A stretch of DNA of 64,000 nucleotides from Candidatus Thalassarchaeum sp. (GCA_016777225.1 JADHRW010000001.1:76103-140102), one strand, 5' to 3'. Shown: positions 18,744 to 28,264, counted from the first letter of the stretch. A program made the numbers and translations. The notes: generated from the sequence alone by a model not told the origin.

Positions 18744-20003
18744 TTATTTCTTACGGCGTGAACGATTTTGATTGGAGCTCCCGCGCGACTCATTAGATTC
18801 TTGAACACTAATTTTTCTTCCATGAAATTCAAAACCATTTAATTCTTTAACTGCTTTCTGGCCTTCTTTAAGATTTGAGAATTTTATGAACGCAAAACCT
18901 CGAGATTTACCTGTTTCACGATCTTTAGCGATATGAACTTCTTTGAGTTCCCCATAGGTTGAAAATAGTTTCCTTAAATCATCTTCATTAGCATCCCAAG
19001 AAATACTCCCCACAAATAACTTAACTCCTGAATATTCGGCAGATTTTGCTCTAGCTGACTTCAAAACTTCACGTTCAGCAGATAATTCTTCTTTAGTAGC
19101 AGTACCATCATTTACCTTATTCATACAATCTCTACAACGGATTGGCTTCCCAGGAGTTGGTTTGAAAGGTACTTGTGTGGCACTAGAACACATAGTACAA
19201 GTGGTTTTGTGCATTTCTCTACGTTGACCACCTGAACGATTATTATCGCGCATCTTAGAAACAGATGCTGGAATCTCATGATTAATTCCTCTTCTAAAAT
19301 CTGCTAAAGGTGAAAGATAAGGACGGACTCCATCATGTCCAAGTATCTTCTCAGCTTCAGATGACCAACGTTCACCTGGACGATTCAATGATGTAACATC
19401 TGAGCCTTCCGGAATTGAATATCCGTGACCAAATCCACTAGAAAGAACTCGATAACCTGAATAATCACACCTTGGACATGACACATTAAAATCAGGCAAT
19501 AGATCACTTTTTTCTAGTATTTCACCGCATGGAGGACATATAGCATAAAGAACTCCTAATTCAGGATCTTCGCGAGTTGATGCTTTTAACATTGGTTCGA
19601 ATTGAGTTATTTTAGCACGAACAATATCTCTAGAACGCATAGCATCACCTGCTGAAGGAATATATCTATCTACAAAATCTGTAACATAGATATCTGCGAA
19701 TAATTTTAGAGCAGGGATAGTTCTATGACCGCCTTCTTTATCCTCAATATGGAGAATTCTGATTTCAGCAGTTTTAGCATTAAGACGATTGACTTGCCCT
19801 ATAACCACATCTCCAATTTTGGGTAAATTAGCAGTTGAACCTGAAATCTGAATTGAGATTATACCATTTTCTTGTACTAGTTTACCTGAAAGAGATGCTA
19901 AAGCTCCAGATTCTGTAGAAATTACACCATCTCCCAAGATTAATCCATCATCAACTACAACAGATGTTCCAGGCGTTACAAAGTCGCCTGCTGAAGCACT
20001 CAT
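18744..20003 (-). CDS. csl4: Exosome RNA-binding cap protein Csl4 fused to a CxxC-x17-CxxC module and a C-terminal RRM domain
   Basis: aa 1-182 have an S1-like IGDVVIGQVNRLNAKTAEIRILHI and a zinc ribbon CPPCGE...CPRCDY. aa 269-293 read CTMC-x17-CRDC. aa 328-402 form an RRM with RNP2 LFVGSI and RNP1 RGFAFIKF. A basic tail RSRRKK follows. The ORF is single and uninterrupted. Confidence 0.7.
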   Translation of the reverse strand: MSASAGDFVTPGTSVVVDDGLILGDGVISTESGALASLSGKLVQENGIISIQISGSTANLPKIGDVVIGQVNRLNAKTAEIRILHIEDKEGGHRTIPALKLFADIYVTDFVDRYIPSAGDAMRSRDIVRAKITQFEPMLKASTREDPELGVLYAICPPCGEILEKSDLLPDFNVSCPRCDYSGYRVLSSGFGHGYSIPEGSDVTSLNRPGERWSSEAEKILGHDGVRPYLSPLADFRRGINHEIPASVSKMRDNNRSGGQRREMHKTTCTMCSSATQVPFKPTPGKPIRCRDCMNKVNDGTATKEELSAEREVLKSARAKSAEYSGVKLFVGSISWDANEDDLRKLFSTYGELKEVHIAKDRETGKSRGFAFIKFSNLKEGQKAVKELNGFEFHGRKISVQESNESRGSSNQNRSRRKK

Positions 20004-20059
20004 AGTGTACGCGACTGGTCAACCACGTATGAAGAACACGGATGTTAATAATCAAACAT

Positions 20060-20671
20060 TTAGTTTGGAGATAAACGCCAGAAGCCTACTTTCGTCTTAT
20101 CTCTTTGTCTTTTATGATGAGAATATTTAGCAGGTAAAGCGAATTCGGCTTCTCCATACATTTCTACGGTCCATCCTTTTGATTCGAAAAATGGACGAAT
20201 ATGAGTAGCATTAGAACTGTGTAGTAAATGAGCAACGGATTTATTTTGTAAAATTAGTTCTAAAAACGGTCGGTCGGCTTTCTCTTTTTGCCTACCCCAA
20301 GGAGGATTACAAATTATTAGGTCTACTTTAGTGAAAGGCATACCGGAGACAATATGTTCATTAATTATTTGACTAGAATTTTGAATTTCATGATTTATTA
20401 AGTTCTTTTTTAGGGCGTTACATGCTTCAATATCAGTTTCAACAAAAATTACTTCTTTGGCGCCTAACTTCAGGGCTGCAATACCTAAAATACCATTCCC
20501 TGCACCTAAATCTCCAACTAAACTGTTATCGTCGATATCTCCAAATGAGACTATATCGAAAAGTAATCGAGATGCCAAATCACCGTCTGTAGAATACTGC
20601 TCTAAATCAACATCATTACAAGGATGAGGCTCTAAGTTAGAAAGAACCATAGCAAGACGACGAATTCTCAT
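20060..20671 (-). CDS. SAM-dependent methyltransferase with NPPW motif (METTL5/COG2263-like putative RNA N6-adenine methylase)
   Basis: Motif I DLGAGNGILGIAALKLGAKEVIFVETD and motif IV ICNPPWG. Confidence 0.7.
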   Translation of the reverse strand: MRIRRLAMVLSNLEPHPCNDVDLEQYSTDGDLASRLLFDIVSFGDIDDNSLVGDLGAGNGILGIAALKLGAKEVIFVETDIEACNALKKNLINHEIQNSSQIINEHIVSGMPFTKVDLIICNPPWGRQKEKADRPFLELILQNKSVAHLLHSSNATHIRPFFESKGWTVEMYGEAEFALPAKYSHHKRQRDKTKVGFWRLSPN

Positions 20672-20706
20672 AACTCTTGCGAATCGGTTTTACGTTTCAA
20701 TGAATT

Positions 20707-21840
20707 CTAATTATTTCTTTGAAAAGTACTATCTAGAACTGTATTTGAATCATGTAGAATTCCGTCTGCAAGTATTAATTCTGCCAATAGCACCCCATAA
20801 CCGGCAGCCCCCCGAATAGTATTATCAGAAACCACCTTAAACCTCAATTTTTTACCAGTAACTTCTATTTCTCCAACTGACACTGCCATAGCAGAACAAA
20901 GATCTTGAGCAGGATTCCTAGATTCTGAACCTGCCCACCTATCTTCATCGACATCTAATTTGCCATCAACAAAATTAATTATCTTAGTTGATGATGGCAG
21001 TCTTAAATCATGTGATTCAGAAGAATAGTTTTGCCATACCTCAATAATTTCATGAGCACTTATTTGATTAAGAAAATCTATCTCAATCATTGCTAAATGT
21101 CCGTAATCACGATTAACACGTGAGCAAGAAACTGTGACATCGATATTGGAATTTGGAAAAACCCCCTCCTTCTTTTCCCCTAAAATTCGATTTAATTCTC
21201 TGACAACACTCTGTGATTCACCAGGAATTTCTGAATCGATAACTATACCCTTTCGGCCTTTAGAAAGCATACCTCGGCCACCTCCTGAAAGAGATTGCTC
21301 AGTAATTATACTTACAGATGAAAAATCAAAATTAGAATATAAAGGAGATAACGTTAGTGCAATTGGTACCACCATACAGTTACTGCATGAAATCAAAAAT
21401 CCTGTTCCAATATTCTGAGATTCCAATATCGAAAGATGGTTTGGATTAACATCAGGAATAACTAGAGGTACATCGGAGTTCATTCGATGTACTAATGCAT
21501 GACTAATTACAACAAATCCCTCTTTAGCTAACTCTTTTTCCACTTTTATAGCGACTTCATCTGGAATTGCTGAGAAAATTATCTGTACTTTTTCAGATTT
21601 TAATTCACGAACTAGAGTATCTAAATCACTCAAACCTTTGACATTTATATCTGGTAACTCTGGTCTTTCTTCATCTAAAGACCAGGGCAAATCACTTATT
21701 TTTTCACCAACAGTTGAAGACGAGCCAATTACAGAAACTGGAACTAACCAATTATGATTAATTGTTCTTTGAAGATAACGCTGTGCTACAAGGCCCCTAG
21801 AGCCAAGGATTGCACAATTCACTCTCCCGAGTTCAGACAT
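20707..21840 (-). CDS. asd: Aspartate-semialdehyde dehydrogenase family protein
   Basis: N-terminal Rossmann motif AILGSRGLVAQRYLQ, active-site Cys region SCSNCMVVPIALTLSPL, and C-terminal DNTIRGAAGYGVLLAEL. Confidence 0.7.
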   Translation of the reverse strand: MSELGRVNCAILGSRGLVAQRYLQRTINHNWLVPVSVIGSSSTVGEKISDLPWSLDEERPELPDINVKGLSDLDTLVRELKSEKVQIIFSAIPDEVAIKVEKELAKEGFVVISHALVHRMNSDVPLVIPDVNPNHLSILESQNIGTGFLISCSNCMVVPIALTLSPLYSNFDFSSVSIITEQSLSGGGRGMLSKGRKGIVIDSEIPGESQSVVRELNRILGEKKEGVFPNSNIDVTVSCSRVNRDYGHLAMIEIDFLNQISAHEIIEVWQNYSSESHDLRLPSSTKIINFVDGKLDVDEDRWAGSESRNPAQDLCSAMAVSVGEIEVTGKKLRFKVVSDNTIRGAAGYGVLLAELILADGILHDSNTVLDSTFQRNN

Positions 21841-21945
21841 GATTACCGCACGAATACAAACTACCTAAGAGCAACTGTTTATTGTTTTAGATAAAAATAT
21901 AATTTATACAACGAGTTCAAGTACTTTCGATTTCAATACATCGTC

Positions 21946-23094
21946 ATGGCAGACATCGAGATGATAGTGATAGCGGCACTTACATTTGCCTTGATTATTG
22001 CTCTATGGCAACTAATAAATAATTCAAGTTCAAGTAATGATATCGAGATCCGTAAGGAAATTCGTGAAATGGGGGCTGAACAGATGAATACTTTACAGGC
22101 ACTTGGAAGTTCTCAGCAGGAACACTTGGCTACAGTTTCAAGAAATATCGAGAGACTCAAAGAAGGCAATGAAAAAAAACTCGATCAAATGCGAGAAACT
22201 GTTGATGAAAAATTGCAAGAAACTTTAGAAAAGAGAATCACAGCATCCTTCCAACTTGTTAGTAAGCAATTACAAGATGTACATAGCGGACTAGGTGAAA
22301 TGAAAAATCTTGCAGATGATGTAGGAGGACTGAAGAAGGTTCTTTCAAATGTTTCAACACGAGGGGCTCTTGGCGAATTACAAGCTCATCAAATTCTAGA
22401 AAATTTCCTCTCTCCTGAGCAATTTGGAATTAATGTTCAAACTAATCCCAACTATAACGGAACTGTAGAATTTGCAGTCGCGTTACCAGGATATGATGAT
22501 TCAGATGAGATTTTATGGTTACCTATTGATTGTAAATTTCCAATTGAAGATCATCAGGCTTGGCTTGATGCGTTAGACATTGGAGATAAAGACCTCATAG
22601 AAACAGCAAGAAAATCTCTTGTTTCAAATGTCAAGAAGAAGGCTAAAGATATCTCACAAAAGTATATTTCACCACCTCATACTACTGATTTTGCAATTAT
22701 GTTCTTACCTACAGAGGGGCTTTATGCAGACATAGCAAGGCAGCCTAGTCTGTTAGAAATACTCCAAAGAGAACACCAAGTAATGATTTGTGGACCATCA
22801 AATCTTTCAGCATTTATATCTAGTATTAAAGTTGGATTCAGAACGTTAGCATTAAAAGAAAGTGCAGGTGATGTTTGGAGAGTATTAGGAGCTGTGAAAA
22901 ATGAATATGCGAAGTTTGGAAAGACGATTGAAAGTGCGCATAAGACTGCTAATGCACTTACTAACAAATTATCAATAGAGGGTGAAGTTCAAGTCAGACT
23001 TCGTGCGATGGATAGGGCGCTGAAAGATATCGAAACATTATCTGCGAAAGACTCTGCAAAACTTCTAGATTTACCTGATGATAATCAGGATTAA
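21946..23094 (+). CDS. rmuC: DNA recombination protein RmuC
   Basis: N-terminal TM helix, a long coiled-coil region, and the RmuC core motifs FAIMFLPTEGLYA and VMICGPSNL. Confidence 0.85.
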   Translation: MADIEMIVIAALTFALIIALWQLINNSSSSNDIEIRKEIREMGAEQMNTLQALGSSQQEHLATVSRNIERLKEGNEKKLDQMRETVDEKLQETLEKRITASFQLVSKQLQDVHSGLGEMKNLADDVGGLKKVLSNVSTRGALGELQAHQILENFLSPEQFGINVQTNPNYNGTVEFAVALPGYDDSDEILWLPIDCKFPIEDHQAWLDALDIGDKDLIETARKSLVSNVKKKAKDISQKYISPPHTTDFAIMFLPTEGLYADIARQPSLLEILQREHQVMICGPSNLSAFISSIKVGFRTLALKESAGDVWRVLGAVKNEYAKFGKTIESAHKTANALTNKLSIEGEVQVRLRAMDRALKDIETLSAKDSAKLLDLPDDNQD

Positions 23095-23133
23095 AGTAGA
23101 AAAAATCATGTATAAAACCTCACTCGAGGAATC

Positions 23134-23715
23134 ATGATAAATTGGCAAACCGGAAGATATCACCCAGTAGTTCATCTCCCAGAGGAATATGAAGTTAGAG
23201 ATTTTACAACTGGTAATTATGTATCTTCTGAATTTGAATATGATATTGGAAGGTATGATGAATTGAGACCTGGTATGTATTCTACTGATCTATTCTCTGA
23301 GGGGAGATATTTGCACATAGGCATCGATATTGGAGCACCCGTTGGAACTCCATGTATGGCCTTTGATAGTGGAGAAATTTCACATTTTGGCTATAATCCT
23401 GCAGATGGAGACTATGGATACGTAATAATCACAAAACATTCAGTAGGAGGAATTCCAATATGGGCTCTCTATGGCCATCTCGATTCAAAGTCAATAGAAG
23501 GAAAAAAAGTTGGACAAAAAATTTCACATGGAGAAATTATTTGCTGGATGGGAGATAAGCATGAAAATGGAGGTTGGGAGTCGCATCTACATTTTCAACT
23601 ATCAATAATTGAACCTAAAACTCATGATATGCCAGGAGTAGTAGATCCTAATGAAAGAGAAATGGCTTTGATTAAATATCCTGACCCCAGATTAGTTCTT
23701 GGACCTATATATTAG
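23134..23715 (+). CDS. M23 (LytM-type) metallopeptidase domain protein, no signal peptide
   Basis: HIGIDIGAPVGTPCMAFDSGEI (HxxxD) and SHLHFQL (HxH). The N-terminus MINWQTGRYHPVVH is not hydrophobic. Confidence 0.7.
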   Translation: MINWQTGRYHPVVHLPEEYEVRDFTTGNYVSSEFEYDIGRYDELRPGMYSTDLFSEGRYLHIGIDIGAPVGTPCMAFDSGEISHFGYNPADGDYGYVIITKHSVGGIPIWALYGHLDSKSIEGKKVGQKISHGEIICWMGDKHENGGWESHLHFQLSIIEPKTHDMPGVVDPNEREMALIKYPDPRLVLGPIY

Positions 23716-24752
23716 ATTGTAGAAAGATGAACTTTTAGATCTGTAATAGAACCCATCTCAGAAGGGTCTACACCTTGTAATAATGCTAAGGATATACTAA
23801 TCCAATCTGAAATATGAGAGGCATAGAGTAGTCTTTCAAGTAAACTTTCACCTTCACAATCAATTATCCAAGAGTTATTATTCTCAATATTTTCTAGCAT
23901 CCAATTCATCCTAGAACGAATCCGTGGATGAATCTCATTACAAGAAAAATAAATCAAAGAATGTTCGTTACTTTCTGATGATGCCCATGCAACTATCTCA
24001 TTATGATTCATCTCAGGCAATTCGGATGAGCGTGCAAAAACATCTGAGTTTTCATTTAACTGATTAGTAAAACGTCGACCTGCTGAACTCAAAACAGTTG
24101 GTGTGATTATACCAATTTGTTTACCTAACATTGATTCTGCGACAGAAGTAACTAATCCATTACCTCCACTAATATCAGAGTCTATTGATAAAGAGCGCAA
24201 GCGTTCAATCATAGATGAGAGCTCTTTCACACCGGGCTTTTCAATAATTCCAATTTCCCAACAAGTCGCTAATTGCATCCCAAATAAGTGACCAAAGGCA
24301 GAACGAGGCATTTGACCACCAGGGACGGACAAATAAAGACAATCATCATTATCTGAAATGATTTTTTCTAATTCACCACCTGATGAAATCCCAATTACAG
24401 TCCCTCCTGATTCTAGAGCCTCACGTACTCCATCAAGTGTTTCTTCAGTATTTCCTGAATAAGATGTTGCAATAATTAGCCAGTCAGGGCCCCACCAAGA
24501 TGGCAGACCGTAATCCCTCCAAACTACAAATGGAATTCCTCCCGAATGATCCGCTAATGTAGAGAGATACATGCCTCCTGCACCTGAACCACCCATACCT
24601 AAACAAAGAACACCAGTCCAATCAATATCTTTCTGAATATCTAGTTTAGAATTGACAGCTTGTTCAAAATCATCTATAAATCTTCTAGTATAGCCCGCCA
24701 TATCTTGTATATCTAATTTTTTTAGAAGTTGAACCATGTCTTCTGAACTCAT
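23712..24752 (-). CDS. Bifunctional phosphoglucose/phosphomannose isomerase (SIS domain)
   Basis: LGMGGSGAGG and ATSYSGNTEET. The ORF track extends to 24791. I prefer ATG 24752..24750, which overlaps the upstream TGA in an ATGA junction (MSSEDMVQLLKK...). Confidence 0.8.
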   Translation of the reverse strand: MSSEDMVQLLKKLDIQDMAGYTRRFIDDFEQAVNSKLDIQKDIDWTGVLCLGMGGSGAGGMYLSTLADHSGGIPFVVWRDYGLPSWWGPDWLIIATSYSGNTEETLDGVREALESGGTVIGISSGGELEKIISDNDDCLYLSVPGGQMPRSAFGHLFGMQLATCWEIGIIEKPGVKELSSMIERLRSLSIDSDISGGNGLVTSVAESMLGKQIGIITPTVLSSAGRRFTNQLNENSDVFARSSELPEMNHNEIVAWASSESNEHSLIYFSCNEIHPRIRSRMNWMLENIENNNSWIIDCEGESLLERLLYASHISDWISISLALLQGVDPSEMGSITDLKVHLSTI

Positions 24753-25831
24753 ATCTCGACCTCTTGAGTAAACCCTGGTAATGCCACCCATATATCATCT
24801 ATGTAGCCAATACGTAATTTAGTAGACTTAACGTTATCATCGTAAGGTAAAGCGACTGTTGCCATGGTATAATCGTGAGGAGTCATAACTTCTGCCGCAT
24901 AACTATCTCGATTCATTATGTCTACAATATATTGTTCAGACGTAGAACAAATTATTCTAGCTTTTTCCATATCTCTCCAAGATGCTCCAGAACGTTGGAA
25001 GAAACTTAAACGACGTATGATAGGTCCATCTTTCTGCCATGAATCAATTAACCATAAATGATTATTTAATTTAACAACATCTCCTACGGCATAAGCTGGC
25101 TTACGGTAACTAACAGTTAGTCTTGTAATCTCAATACCATCCCTCATACCAACTACAGTTGAAGTTTCCTTGATTGTTCCACCGAATTTTTTTGTTAATA
25201 TACGACCCCAAGATCTTGCCATTGATTTAGAACCTAATTGTAAATCCCAGCCACCAGTTACAATACCTTCCTTAGTTATGAAAAACATAGGATCTGCTTC
25301 CATTCCTCCGAGCATTTCATCAAGAGTCTCTCTTAATTCTTTAAGTTCGTTTTTTGATAATTTGCGTCCTGCAGAGCGAAGTTGGACGATTGCTTCAAAA
25401 TAAGCTCCATCCTTTCTAGTGCATGGTGTACAAATTGCATTACTAGTCTGTATTAACACTTCATAAGTATCTTGAAAAAGGAAATTATCAATAGTTCCTG
25501 ACACATCTATTTGAACTCTATTTGTTCTATCATCAATAACTTGAAGTCCAAAATCAACATCTACATCTTCTGCTCTTTCATCCACTTCAAGATTATCTCT
25601 AATTCTTAAATCTGCTAGAGGTTCATGACCCATTTTTGACCATCTGCCACGAATTTCGTAACATTCACATTTAGGGCAACGGAATTGCTGAATCACTTTA
25701 GGCATTTTTGATAAATTAACGCGCTTACGAAAACAAACCTCACAAAGACGATTTGATGAAAGATTTGTTTTTTCACCACAAACAATACAAAATGCGTCGT
25801 TAGACATGTCTCTCGACCTTTGCGAAAGCAT
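24749..25831 (-). CDS. nmd3: NMD3-family ribosomal large-subunit biogenesis protein
   Basis: N-terminal double zinc-finger pattern CIVCGEK...CEVCF...FRCPKCECYEIRGRW. An alternative start is M9 (25807). Confidence 0.8.
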   Translation of the reverse strand: MLSQRSRDMSNDAFCIVCGEKTNLSSNRLCEVCFRKRVNLSKMPKVIQQFRCPKCECYEIRGRWSKMGHEPLADLRIRDNLEVDERAEDVDVDFGLQVIDDRTNRVQIDVSGTIDNFLFQDTYEVLIQTSNAICTPCTRKDGAYFEAIVQLRSAGRKLSKNELKELRETLDEMLGGMEADPMFFITKEGIVTGGWDLQLGSKSMARSWGRILTKKFGGTIKETSTVVGMRDGIEITRLTVSYRKPAYAVGDVVKLNNHLWLIDSWQKDGPIIRRLSFFQRSGASWRDMEKARIICSTSEQYIVDIMNRDSYAAEVMTPHDYTMATVALPYDDNVKSTKLRIGYIDDIWVALPGFTQEVEI

Positions 25832-25861
25832 CGTGCATTAGAATCATTCGCGACATGAAAA

Positions 25862-26017
25862 TTACTCTTCTTCTAAATTAGAGACCTGAAGTTTCCATTC
25901 AGCCTCCTTTATTCTAACTCTAAGGTCGTCTAATCTTCGCCCTATTAAAATAATATAATAAGATAAAATCGAACCTAATATAGCATAAGTAATTACATAT
26001 GATTCAAAACCGTTCAA
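25862..26017 (-). CDS. ccmD: CcmD-like small membrane protein (51 aa)
   Basis: Not in the ORF track. Hand translation from TTG 26017..26015 gives (M)NGFESYVITYAILGSILSYYIILIGRRLDDLRVRIKEAEWKLQVSNLEEE*. It has one TM helix and a charged tail. The TTG overlaps the ccmC TGA (TTGA), and GGAGGTG lies 5 nt upstream. Confidence 0.45.
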   Translation of the reverse strand: MNGFESYVITYAILGSILSYYIILIGRRLDDLRVRIKEAEWKLQVSNLEEE

Positions 26018-26727
26018 TGGACCACCTCCTCATCTAGAGAATAGAGCAATATTTGTAATTTATTTTCTAATTTATACGCCAAAAAAGTCAGGATTGACAG
26101 ACCAATCATCAATATCCAAAAAGAGATTATTCCCATTATTAATACCTGTTGCATCTTAGGATCAAGTCCAGTTTCATCTGTTTGTGCTATAACAACAGCA
26201 GGATGTCTTTTTTGGTAGAAAGTAGTGGCTATTGCAGTAATTGGTACAAGGGCAAAACCAAATAAACCTATAGTGGAAAGTGTGTCTCTAGTGTCTACTC
26301 CATCAGGTTGAGAACGTCGGGAAAGTACTATGAAAAGTGCCACTGCAGTTAGTAGTCCAAATGTATTTAATCTCAAATCAGCCCAATCCCAAGGAACACC
26401 CCATTCAGCAGAACCCCATATAGGCCCCGAAATCACAACACCTAAACCAAAAAGTAAACCTAAATCAGAACCAGTACAGAACAAGTTCCAACCCCATTCT
26501 TTCCTCTTAACAAACCATGCAATTGCCCCTGTAAATAATAAACAAAAAGCAAGGAAAGATGTCCAAGCAAAAGGAACATGCCAGAATAATATACGATAAG
26601 CTTCAGGTGATCTAAATGGAGGAGACTGTACTAGAGGAGCATATGTGTAACTCAGTACAGCAGTTAGTAAAACACCCGCTCCACCTATGCAAGTCAGGGC
26701 CCAACCATAATGTTTCATTGAGACCAT
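26014..26727 (-). CDS. ccmC: Heme exporter/heme-handling protein CcmC
   Basis: Trp-rich WWD-type motif WGSAEWGVPWDWADLRLNT, flanked by FWHVPFAW and a later His (YQKRHP). The protein is polytopic. The ORF track extends to 26799, overlapping the upstream gene by 34 nt, so I prefer the internal ATG at 26727 (MVSMKHYGW). Confidence 0.8.
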   Translation of the reverse strand: MVSMKHYGWALTCIGGAGVLLTAVLSYTYAPLVQSPPFRSPEAYRILFWHVPFAWTSFLAFCLLFTGAIAWFVKRKEWGWNLFCTGSDLGLLFGLGVVISGPIWGSAEWGVPWDWADLRLNTFGLLTAVALFIVLSRRSQPDGVDTRDTLSTIGLFGFALVPITAIATTFYQKRHPAVVIAQTDETGLDPKMQQVLIMGIISFWILMIGLSILTFLAYKLENKLQILLYSLDEEVVH

Positions 26728-26765
26728 AAACCTGCGAACGCATACTCTATCATGAATGCTCGTTT

Positions 26766-28202
26766 TCAAGCATCCGGAAGATAAACTGAAATCCCCCAAA
26801 CTAGTAGACTTACCAGACAGGATAGAATAATCATCGATAATGGTTCATCTAAAGAGTATCCAAAACTCATTCCATTCAGTATAATCATCTCTAAAGCATC
26901 TATTAATTCTAAAAATGGCCATACTAAAATTAGCAATAATAGAGATACTACAGATGCACTGGAACGTCTCAAATCGGAAACTAGTAGATGTAAAGATGAT
27001 GCTGCCAGAGCTACACTAAACATTACTAATCCAGGTAGCCATAGCCATGCTAATATATCAGAATTATTCAGATAATCTATTCTATCACTAAGTATTAACC
27101 AAGAAATATATATCAAAGGCAAAGGAAGTATTATTGAAGATCCTATTATTGAAGATGCCATGCGAAACTTTGGACCGATTATTGCCGCCCACCATCTACC
27201 GCAATTCTCTTCAGCATATCTTGGAATAAGTGCAGGAGGTATTACTACGCATATGAATGAAGGCAATAGAATTAGAGCAGCAAAGAAGTCAGTACCCACT
27301 ACTGATATCTCTTCTTGAGAAATTAACGTATGAGTCATTAGTAGAGCTAAGATTGCAGGAATCAGACGACCAATAGTATCGATTGGATTTCTTTTTTCCA
27401 TTCTGTAAGCCCAACGGAATAAACTAGATAATTTACTTATTTCAGCTTCATTTACTGGTTCTGGCAACTCGGAATTAGTAGAAACAGGATTTTGAGAAGT
27501 TTCAGATACATTACCTATTTCATCGAATCGAATTACTCGGTCAGCCGCTAATATTATTTCAGGATCATGCGTTGCTAAAATTATCCCATGGCCTCTAGAT
27601 ACAAGTCCTCTTAACCAGTTAACAAGCAATAATCGGGCTGATTCATCAAGTCCTTCAGAAGGTTCATCCAGTAATATTGCTCGAGGCTTTTGAGACATTA
27701 CAGCAGGTGCCAAACCTGAAAGAACCGCAAGACGTCTTGCCAGCCCCCCAGAAAGTTGAGAAATACGATCATATTTACGGTGTTCAAGACCCCAAGAGGT
27801 GAGAAGTTGAGACACTTTGTTATCATTAATCTCACAACCAGATACGGCTAAAGCAATCTTCAATCGCTCTTCAACTGTTTCTTCGCCTGACATGCCATTT
27901 TTCTGTAATGTTAGTCCCATCGGAGGTAAAGAATTTCTTCTTCCTTCTGAATCTCGAATGATTTTCATTTCTGAATTATCATATCTCCATTGAATTTTAC
28001 CCGATGAAATTGAATGCATGCCAGCGCTAGATTCGAGGAGAGTCGTCTTACCACAACCATTGTGACCTACCAATGCTACAACTTCACCTTCAAATAATTC
28101 AAAGTCTATTTCGGAGATTACAAGCCGATTTCCTCTATGAATATCTAAACCAGATAACTGGATTAATGGCAGCACATTCACATACCTCCGAGTGCGGTTC
28201 AT
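26766..28202 (-). CDS. ABC transporter with ATPase and permease fused in one polypeptide (CcmA-CcmB-like by context)
   Basis: Walker A GHNGCGKTTLL, signature LSGGLARRLAVL and Walker B ILLDEPSEGLD are followed by about 225 aa with six hydrophobic segments. The gene lies directly upstream of ccmC. Confidence 0.7.
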   Translation of the reverse strand: MNRTRRYVNVLPLIQLSGLDIHRGNRLVISEIDFELFEGEVVALVGHNGCGKTTLLESSAGMHSISSGKIQWRYDNSEMKIIRDSEGRRNSLPPMGLTLQKNGMSGEETVEERLKIALAVSGCEINDNKVSQLLTSWGLEHRKYDRISQLSGGLARRLAVLSGLAPAVMSQKPRAILLDEPSEGLDESARLLLVNWLRGLVSRGHGIILATHDPEIILAADRVIRFDEIGNVSETSQNPVSTNSELPEPVNEAEISKLSSLFRWAYRMEKRNPIDTIGRLIPAILALLMTHTLISQEEISVVGTDFFAALILLPSFICVVIPPALIPRYAEENCGRWWAAIIGPKFRMASSIIGSSIILPLPLIYISWLILSDRIDYLNNSDILAWLWLPGLVMFSVALAASSLHLLVSDLRRSSASVVSLLLLILVWPFLELIDALEMIILNGMSFGYSLDEPLSMIILSCLVSLLVWGISVYLPDA

Positions 28203-28264
28203 CGTTTGAGACGTTCGTCATAGAATAGAAGGCGCTATTGCTAGAATACGGCCGGATGTAATTT

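Noticed and set aside
21946-23715. RmuC plus a peptidase as a possible anti-phage defence cassette.
   Set aside because: RmuC alone is widespread and not diagnostic. No nuclease, ATPase, methylase or toxin partners are present, and the flanks are asd and PGI. I kept only the narrower observation about a leaderless M23 enzyme.
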